Positions 45,001-54,000 of a stretch of DNA of 55,416 nt are shown in pieces. The stretch lies in contig QPMI01000688.1 of assembly GCA_004431415.1 (NCBI GenBank), positions 1-55,416 of the forward strand, in the 5' to 3' direction. Each line of letters starts with the position of its first letter. Within the stretch, counting starts at the first letter, position 1. The notes under the pieces are model-generated. The model had not been told where the DNA came from, ran no database searches, and was given only the letters and a program-made list of their open reading frames with translations. The translations under genes and the position numbers were made by a program. This DNA is from Cyanophora paradoxa CCMP329 (Eukaryota > Plantae > Glaucophyta).

Positions 45001-48000
45001 AGCACGAACTCGTCGACGGCAGCATCGCTGTTCGGTGCGCGGGGGCGGGGCGCGGGGTGGAGCCGCGGGGCGGCCGCGTCGCGCTGGGCCCTGACGCCTG
45101 CTCGCAGCCAAGTCGGTGGGGCCGCCGTCGGTGACGGTCTCGTCGAGCGGGGCGGACGCTGTTTTGGCGGCGGTGTCCTGGAATACGACGGGGGCGTCGG
45201 GCACGGAGCCGGCGTACGCGAACGTGACCGTGAGCTGCTCGAGCAACGGCGTGGCGGACTCGGCCTCGAACGCGACAGTGGCCTCGGAGACGGGACGGGC
45301 TCGGCCACGGTGCTGGTCAGCGCGGGCTCCGGGAGGTGGCAGGTGCAGTCGCACGTGACGAGCTGCGCGGCGACGGTGTACTACTCGTACCTGGGGTGGC
45401 GTCGAGCGCCACGGCGTACTCGACGGGTGCGTGGGGCCACGGCAGACACTTTTTCGCGGGTCTGGGATGGAGGCTGACGCGGGGCGTGGGGCGCAGTGCA
45501 CGCAAAGACGGTGGAGAACGTGACGGTGGGGACGCCGATCCGCAGTCGACGACGTCGTGACGGTGCCCGTGAGCTGGGCGCTCTCGGCGGTGGGTACAGC
45601 GGGGACAACGTGGCGCCGACGTACGGGCCGCTGGAGGTGAGCTGCTCCGGGCCGGCGTGACGCGGACGGGCTCCCTGGCGAGCGGCACGATCACGGCTGG
45701 GGCGACGAGCGCCACGTGACCGTCTTGGGGCTCCCCGAGATGGGCGCGTCGTACACGATCACGTGCAGCGGGCCAATCTGACGGCGTACGCGGGGACCGT
45801 GACGGGCGCGGCGCCTGACTTCACACGGGCGCCGCGTCAAGCACGATGAGCACGAACTCGTCGACGGCAGCATCGCTGTTCGTGCGCGGGGCGGGGCGCG
45901 GGTGGAGCCGCGGGCGGCCGCGTCGCGCTGGGCCTGACGCCTGCTCGCAGCCAAGTCGGTGGGGCCGCCGTCGGTGACGGTCTCGTCGAGCGGGGCGGAC
46001 GCTGTTTTGGCGGCGGTGTCCTGGAATACGACGGGGGCGTCGGGCACGGAGCCGGCGTACGCGAACGTGACCGTGAGCTGCTCGAGCAACGGCGTGGCGG
46101 ACTCGGCCTCGAACGCGACAGTGGCCTCGGAGACGGGGACGGGCTCGGCCACGGTGCTGGTCAGCGCGGGCTCCGGGAGGTGGCAGGTGCAGTCGCACGT
46201 GACGAGCTGCGCGGCGACGGTGTACTACTCGTACCTGGGGTGGCGTCGAGCGCCACGGCGTACTCGACGGGTGCGTGGGGCCACGGCAGACACTTTTTCG
46301 CGGGTCCTGGGATGGAGGCTGACGCGGGGCGTGGGGCGCAGTGCACGCAAAGACGGTGGAGAACGTGACGGTGGGGACGCCGATCCCGCAGTCGACGACG
46401 TCGGTGACGGTGCCCGTGAGCTGGGCGCTCTCGGCGGTGGGGTACAGCGGGGACACGTGGCGCCGACGTACGGGCCGCTGGAGGTGAGCTGCTCCGGGGC
46501 CGGCGTGACGCGGACGGGCTCCCTGGCGAGCGCACGATCACGGCTGGGGCGACGAGCGCCAACGTGACCGTCTTGGGGCTCCCCGAGATGGGCGCGTCGT
46601 ACACGATCACGTGCAGCGGGCCAATCTGACGGCGTACGCGGGGACCGTGACGGGCGCGGCGCCTGACTTCACACCGGGCGCCGCGTCAAGCACGATGAGC
46701 ACGAACTCGTCGACGGCAGCATCGCTGTTCGGTGCGCGGGGGCGGGCGCGGGGTGGAGCCGCGGGGCGGCGCGTCGCGCTGGGCCTGACGCTGCTCGCAG
46801 CCAAGTCGGTGGGGCCGCCGTCGGTGACGGTCTCGTCGAGCGGGGCGGACGCTGTTTTGGCGGCGGTGTCCTGAATACGACGGGGCTTCGGCACGGAGCG
46901 GCGTACGCGAACGTGACGTGAGCTGCTCGAGCAACGGCGTGGCGGACTCGGCCTCGAACGCGACAGTGGCTCGGAGACGGGGACGGCTCGGCCACGGTGC
47001 TGGTCAGCGCGGGCTCCGGGAGGTGGCAGGTGCAGTCGCACGTGACGAGCTGCGCGGCGACGGTGTACTACTCGTACCTGGGGGTGGCGTCGAGCGCCAG
47101 GCGTACTCGACGGGTGCGTGGGGCCACGGCAGACACTTTTTCGCGGGTCCTGGGATGGAGGTGCGCGGGGCGTGGGGCGCAGTGCACGCAAAGACGGTGA
47201 GAACGTGACGGTGGGACGCCGATCCCGCAGTCGACGACGTCGGTGACGGTGCCCGTGAGCTGGGCGTCTCGGCGTGGGGTACAGCGGGGACAACGTGGCG
47301 CCGACGTACGGGCCGCTGGAGGTGAGCTGCTCCGGGGCCGGCGTGACGCGGACGGGCTCCCTGGCGAGCGGCACGATCACGGCTGGGGCGACGAGCGCCA
47401 ACGTGACCGTCTTGGGGCTCCCCGAGATGGGCGCGTCGTACACGATCACGTGCAGCGGGGCCAATCTGACGGCGTACGCGGGGACCGTGACGGGCGCGGC
47501 GCCTGACTTCACACCGGGCGCCGCGTCAAGCACGAAGAGCACGAACTCGTCGACGGCAGCATCGCTGTTCGGTGCGCGGGGCGGGGCGCGGGGTGGAGCC
47601 GCGGGGCGGCCGCGTCGCGCTGGGCCCTGACGCCTGCTCGCAGCCAAGTCGGTGGGGCCGCCGTCGGTGACGGTCTCGTCGAGCGGGGCGGACGCTGTTT
47701 TGGCGCGGTGTCCTGGAATACGACGGGGGCGTCGGGCACGGAGCCGGCGTACGCGAACGTGACCGTGAGCTGCTCGAGCAACGGCGTGGCGGACTCGGCC
47801 TCGAACGCGACAGTGGCCTCGGAGACGGGGACGGGCTCGGCCACGGTGCTGGTCAGCGCGGGCTCCGGGAGGTGGCAGGTGCAGTCGCACGTGACGAGCT
47901 GCGCGGCGACGGTGTACTACTCGTACCTGGGGGTGGCGTCGAGCGCCACGGCGTACTCGACGGGTGCGTGGGGCCACGGCAGACACTTTTTTCGCGGGTC

Positions 48001-51000
48001 CTGGGATGGAGGCTGACGCGGGGCGTGGGGCGCAGTGCACGCAAAGACGGTGGAGAACGTGACGGTGGGGACGCCGATCCCGCAGTCGACGACGTCGGTG
48101 ACGGTGCCCGTGAGCTGGGCGCTCTCGGCGGTGGGGTACAGCGGGGACAACGTGGCGCCGACGTACGGGCGCTGGAGGTGAGCTGCTCCGGGCCGGCGTG
48201 ACGCGGACGGGCTCCCTGGCGAGCGGCACGATCACGGCTGGGGCGACGAGCGCCAACGTGACCGTCTTGGGCTCCCCGAGATGGGCGCGTCGTACACGAT
48301 CACGTGCAGCGGGGCCAATCTGACGGCGTACGCGGGGACCGTGACGGGCGCGGCGCTGACTTCACACCGGCGCCGCGTCAAGCACGATGAGCACGAACTC
48401 GTCGACGGCAGCATCGCTGTTCGGTGCGCGGGGGCGGGGCGCGGGTGGAGCCGCGGGGCGGCCGCGTCGCGCTGGGCCCTGACGCCTGCTCGCAGCCAAG
48501 TCGGTGGGGCCGCCGTCGGTGACGGTCTCGTCGAGCGGGGCGGACGCTGTTTTGGCGGCGGTGTCCTGGAATACGACGGGGCGTCGGGCACGGAGCCGGC
48601 GTACGCGAACGTGACCGTGAGCTGCTCGAGCAACGGCGTGGCGGACCTCGGCCTCGAACGCGACAGTGGCCTCGGAGACGGGGACGGGCTCGGCCACGGT
48701 GCTGGTCAGCGCGGGCTCCGGGAGGTGCAGGTGCAGTCGCACGTGACGAGCTGCGCGCGACGGTGTACTACTCGTACCTGGGGGTGGCGTCGAGCGCCAC
48801 GGCGTACTCGACGGGTGCGTGGGGCCACGGCAGACACTTTTTTCGCGGGTCCTGGGATGGAGGCTGACGCGGGGCGTGGGGCGCAGTGCACGCAAAGACG
48901 GTGGAGAACGTGACGGTGGGGACGCCGATCCCGCAGTCGACGACGTCGGTGACGGTGCCCGTGAGCTGGGCGCTCTCGGCGGTGGGGTACAGCGGGACAA
49001 CGTGGCGCCGACGTACGGGCGCTGGAGGTGAGCTGCTCCGGGCCGGCGTGACCGGGACGGGCTCCCTGGCGAGCGGCACGATCAGGCTGGGGCGACGAGC
49101 GCCAACGTGACCGTCTTGGGGCTCCCCGAGATGGCGCGTCGTACACGATCACGTGCAGCGGGGCCAATCTGACGGCGTACGCCGGGGACCGTGACGGGCG
49201 CGGCGCCTGACTTCACACCGGGCGCCGCGTCAAGCACGAAGAGCACAACTCGTCGACGGCAGCATCGCTGTTCGGTGCGCGGGGCGGGCGCGCGGGTGGA
49301 GCCGCGGGGCGGCCGCGTCGCGCTGGGCCCTGACGCCTGCTCGCAGCAAGTCGGTGGGCCGCGTCGGTGACGGTCTCGTCGAGCGGGGCGGACGCTGTTT
49401 TGGCGGCGGTGTCCTGGAATACGACGGGGAGCGTCGGCACGGAGCCGGCGTACGCGAACGTGACGTGAGCTGCTCGAGCAACGGCGTGGCGGACTCGGCC
49501 TCGAACGCGACAGTGGCCTCGAGACGGGGACGGGCTCGGCACGGTGCTGGTCAGCGCGGGCTCCGGGAGGTGGCAGGTGCAGTCGCACGTGACGAGCTGC
49601 GCGGCGACGGTGTACTACTCGTACCTGGGGGTGGCGTCGAGCGCCACGGCGTACTCGACGGGTGCGTGGGGCCACGGCAGACACTTTTTCGCGGGTCCTG
49701 GATGGAGGCTGACGCGGGGCGTGGGGCGCAGTGCACGCAAAGACGGTGGAGAACGTGACGGTGGGGACGCCGATCCCGCAGTCGACGACGTCGTGACGGT
49801 GCCCGTGAGCTGGGCGCTCTCGGCGGTGGGGTACAGCGGGGACAACGTGGCGCCGACGTACGGCCGCTGGAGTGAGCTGCTCCGGGGCCGGCGTGACGCG
49901 GACGGGCTCCCTGGCGAGCGGCACGATCACGGCTGGGGCGACGAGCGCCAACGTGACCGTCTTGGGGCTCCCCGAGATGGGCGCGTCGTACACGATCACG
50001 TGCAGCGGGGCCAATCTGACGGCGTACGCGGGGACCGTGACGGGCGCGGCGCCTGACTTCACACCGGGCGCCGCGTCAAGCACGATGAGCACGAACTCGT
50101 CGACGGCAGCATCGCTGTTCGGTGCGCGGGGGCGGGGCGCGGGGTGGAGCCGCGGGGCGGCCGCGTCGCGCTGGGCCCTGACGCCTGCTCGCAGCCAAGT
50201 CGGTGGGGCCGCCGTCGGTGACGGTCTCGTCGAGCGGGGCGGACGCTGTTTTGGCGGCGGTGTCCTGGAATACGACGGGGGCGTCGGGCACGGAGCCGGC
50301 GTACGCGAACGTGACCGTGAGCTGCTCGAGCAACGGCGTGGCGGACTCGGCCTCGAACGCGACAGTGGCCTCGGAGACGGGGACGGGCTCGGCCACGGTG
50401 CTGGTCAGCGCGGGCTCCGGGAGGTGGCAGGTGCAGTCGCACGTGACGAGCTGCGCGGCGACGGTGTACTACTCGTACCTGGGGGTGGCGTCGAGCGCCA
50501 CGGCGTACTCGACGGGTGCGTGGGGCCACGGCAGACACTTTTTCGCGGGTCCTGGGATGGAGGCTGACGCGGGGCGTGGGGCGCAGTGCACGCAAAGACG
50601 GTGGAGAACGTGACGGTGGGGACGCCGATCCCGCAGTCGACGACGTCGGTGACGGTGCCCGTGAGCTGGGCGCTCTCGGCGGTGGGGTACAGCGGGGACA
50701 ACGTGGCGCCGACGTACGGGCCGCTGGAGGTGAGCTGCTCCGGGGCCGGCGTGACGCGGACGGGCTCCCTGGCGAGCGGCACGATCACGGCTGGGGCGAC
50801 GAGCGCCAACGTGACCGTCTTGGGGCTCCCCGAGATGGGCGCGTCGTACACGATCACGTGCAGCGGGGCCAATCTGACGGCGTACGCGGGGACCGTGACG
50901 GGCGCGGCGCCTGACTTCACACCGGGCGCCGCGTCAAGCACGATGAGCACGAACTCGTCGACGGCAGCATCGCTGTTCGGTGCGCGGGGGCGGGGCGCGG

Positions 51001-54000
51001 GGTGGAGCCGCGGGGCGGCCGCGTCGCGCTGGGCCCTGACGCCTGCTCGCAGCCAAGTCGGTGGGGCCGCCGTCGGTGACGGTCTCGTCGAGCGGGGCGG
51101 ACGCTGTTTTGGCGGCGGTGTCCTGGAATACGACGGGGGCTGCGGGCACGGAGCCGGCGTACGCGAACGTGACCGTGAGCTGCTCGAGCAACGGCGTGGC
51201 GGACTCGGCCTCGAACGCGACAGTGGCCTCGGAGACGGGGACGGGCTCGGCCACGGTGCTGGTCAGCGCGGGCTCCGGGAGGTGGCAGGTGCAGTCGCAC
51301 GTGACGAGCTGCGCGGCGACGGTGTACTACTCGTACCTGGGGGTGGCGTCGAGCGCCACGGCGTACTCGACGGGTGCGTGGGGCCACGGCAGACACTTTT
51401 TCGCGGGTCCTGGGATGGAGGCTGACGCGGGGCGTGGGGCGCAGTGCACGCAAAGACGGTGGAGAACGTGACGGTGGGGACGCCGATCCCAGCAGTCGAC
51501 GACGTCGGTGACGGTGCCCGTGAGCTGGGCGCTCTCGGCGGTGGGGTACAGCGGGGACAACGTGGCGCCGACGTACGGGCCGCTGGAGGTGAGCTGCTCC
51601 GGGGCCGGCGTGACGCGGACGGGCTCCCTGGCGAGCGGCACGATCACGGCTGGGGCGACGAGCGCCAACGTGACCGTCTTGGGGCTCCCCGAGATGGGCG
51701 CGTCGTACACGATCACGTGCAGCGGGGCCAATCTGACGGCGTACGCGGGGACCGTGACGGGCGCGGCGCCTGACTTCACACCGGGCGCCGCGTCAAGCAC
51801 GATGAGCACGAACTCGTCGACGGCAGCATCGCTGTTCGGTGCGCGGGGGCGGGGCGCGGGGTGGAGCCGCGGGGGCCGCGTCGCGCTGGGCCCTGACGCC
51901 TGCTCGCAGCCAAGTCGGTGGGGCCGCCGTCGGTGACGGTCTCGTCGAGCGGGGCGGACGCTGTTTTGGCGGCGGTGTCCTGGAATACGACGGGGGCTTC
52001 GGGCACGGAGCCGGCGTACGCGAACGTGACCGTGAGCTGCTCGAGCAACGGCGTGGCGGACTCGGCCTCGAACGCGACAGTGGCCTCGGAGACGGGGACG
52101 GGCTCGGCCACGGTGCTGGTCAGCGCGGGCTCCGGGAGGTGGCAGGTGCAGTCGCACGTGACGAGCTGCGCGGCGACGGTGTACTACTCGTACCTGGGGT
52201 GTGGCGTCGAGCGCCACGGCGTACTCGACGGGTGCGTGGGGCCACGGCAGACACTTTTTTGCGGGTCCTGGGATGGAGGCTGACGCGGGGCGTGGGGCGC
52301 AGTGCACGCAAAGACGGTGGAGAACGTGACGGTGGGGACGCCGATCCCGCAGTCGACGACGTCGGTGACGGTGCCCGTGAGCTGGCGCTCTCGGCGGTGG
52401 GTACAGGGGGACACCGTGGCGCCGACGTACGGGCCGCTGGAGGTGAGCTGCTCCGGGGCCGGCGTGACGCGGACGGGCTCCCTGGCGAGCGGCACGATCA
52501 CGGCTGGGGGACGAGCGCCAACGTGACCGTCTTGGGGCTCCCCGAGATGGGCGCGTCGTACACGATCACGTGCAGCGGGGCCAATCTGACGGCGTACGCG
52601 GGGACCGTGACGGGCGCGGCGCCTGACTTCACACCGGCGCCGCGTCAAGCACGATGAGCACGAACTCGTCGACGGCAGCATCGCTGTTCGGTGCGCGGGG
52701 GCGGGGCGCGGGGTGGAGCCGCGGGCGGCCGCGTCGCGCTGGGCCCTGACGCCTGCTCGCAGCCAAGTCGGTGGGGCCGCCGTCGGTGACGGTCTCGTCG
52801 AGCGGGCGGACGCTGTTTTGGCGGCGGTGTCCTGGAATACGACGGGGGCGTCGGGCACGGAGCCGGCGTACGCGAACGTGACCGTGAGCTGCTCGAGCAA
52901 CGGCGTGGCGGACTCGGCCTCGAACGCGACAGTGGCCTCGGAGACGGGGACGGGCTCGGCCACGGTGCTGGTCAGCGCGGGCTCCGGGAGGTGGCAGGTG
53001 CAGTCGCACGTGACGAGCTGCGCGGCGACGGTGTACTACTCGTACCTGGGGGTGGCGTCGAGCGCCACGGCGTACTCGACGGGTGCGTGGGCCACGGCAG
53101 ACACTTTTTCGCGGGTCCTGGGATGGAGGCTGACGCGGTGGGGCGCAGTGCACGCAAAGACGGTGGAGAACGTGACGGTGGGACGCCGATCCGCAGTCGA
53201 CGACGTCGGTGACGGTGCCCGTGAGCTGGGCGCTCTCGGCGGTGGGGTACAGCGGGACACGTGGCGCCGACGTACGGGCCGCTGGAGGTGAGCTGCTCCG
53301 GGGCCGGCGTGACGCGGACGGGCTCCCTGGCGAGCGGCACGATCACGGCTGGGGCGACGAGCGCCAACGTGACCGTCTTGGGGCTCCCCGAGATGGGCGC
53401 GTCGTACACGATCACGTGCAGCGGGCCAATCTGACGGCGTACGCGGGGACCGTGACGGGCGCGGCGCCTGACTTCACACCGGCGCCGCGTCAAGCACGAT
53501 GAGCACGAACTCGTCGACGGCAGCATCGCTGTTCGGCGCGGCGGGGCGCGGGGTGGAGCCGCGGGGCGGCCGCGTCGCGCTGGCCCTGACGCCTGCTCGC
53601 AGCCAAGTCGGTGGGGCCGCCGTCGGTGACGGTCTCGTCGAGCGGGGCGGACGCTGTTTTGGCGGCGGTGTCCTGGAATACGACGGGGGCGTCGGGCACG
53701 GAGCCGGCGTACGCGAACGTGACCGTGAGCTGCTCGAGCAACGCGTGGCGGACTCGGCCTCGAACGCGACAGTGGCCTCGGAGACGGGGACGGGCTCGGC
53801 CACGGTGCTGGTCAGCGCGGGCTCCGGGAGGTGGCAGGTGCAGTCGCACGTGACGAGCTGCGCGGCGACGGTGTACTACTCGTACCTGGGGGTGGCGTCG
53901 AGCGCCACGGCGTACTCGACGGGTGCGTGGGCCACGGCAGACACTTTTTCGCGGGTCCTGGGATGGAGGCTGACGCGGGCGTGGGGCGCAGTGCACGCAA

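Larger units (their letters stand above)
50122..50194 (+). other. Representative spliceosomal (U2-type) intron A, 73 nt, phase 1; one per unit (next copy 50980-51052)
   Basis: Donor G|GTGCGC, branch-point-like CTGAC at 50178-50182, acceptor TCGCAG|. Length is 3n+1. The TGA at 50179-50181 is in frame with the downstream exon. Removal restores a continuous ORF. Confidence 0.9.

Noticed and set aside
50122-50194. Introner elements or MITEs as the origin of the many identical introns
   Set aside because: The identical introns always sit in identical exon context, so they were copied with the unit. I see no terminal inverted repeats or target-site duplications, and introns A and B differ internally.
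50530-50550. T-run as an intrinsic terminator
   Set aside because: There is no convincing hairpin directly upstream, the run is only 5-6 T, and it lies inside a predicted intron.
50516-50586. Programmed ribosomal frameshifting or polymerase slippage at the T5 or G runs as a prokaryotic way to join the two coding blocks
   Set aside because: In both gaps a TGA (50179-50181 and 50565-50567) lies downstream of those runs and in frame with the next block. Both gaps also have complete donor, branch and acceptor signals at the same phase.
50853-50860. ATCACGTG and CACGTGAC (E-box/G-box, budding-yeast CDEI-like), twice per unit, suggesting a centromeric or regulatory satellite
   Set aside because: Both fall inside exons and are explained by the codons (I-T-C and H-V-T). 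There is no AT-rich CDEII-like element, and CG-containing palindromes are common at this composition.
50076-50950. Protein-like minus-strand ORFs (MAEPVPVSEATVAFEAESAT..., MLIVLDAAPGVKSG...)
   Set aside because: These are antisense shadows of the plus-strand exons. Their plausible composition ends at the intron boundaries, one is broken by TAG (...ATPRYE*), and the splice signals, Trp/Cys motifs and sequons are all on the plus strand.
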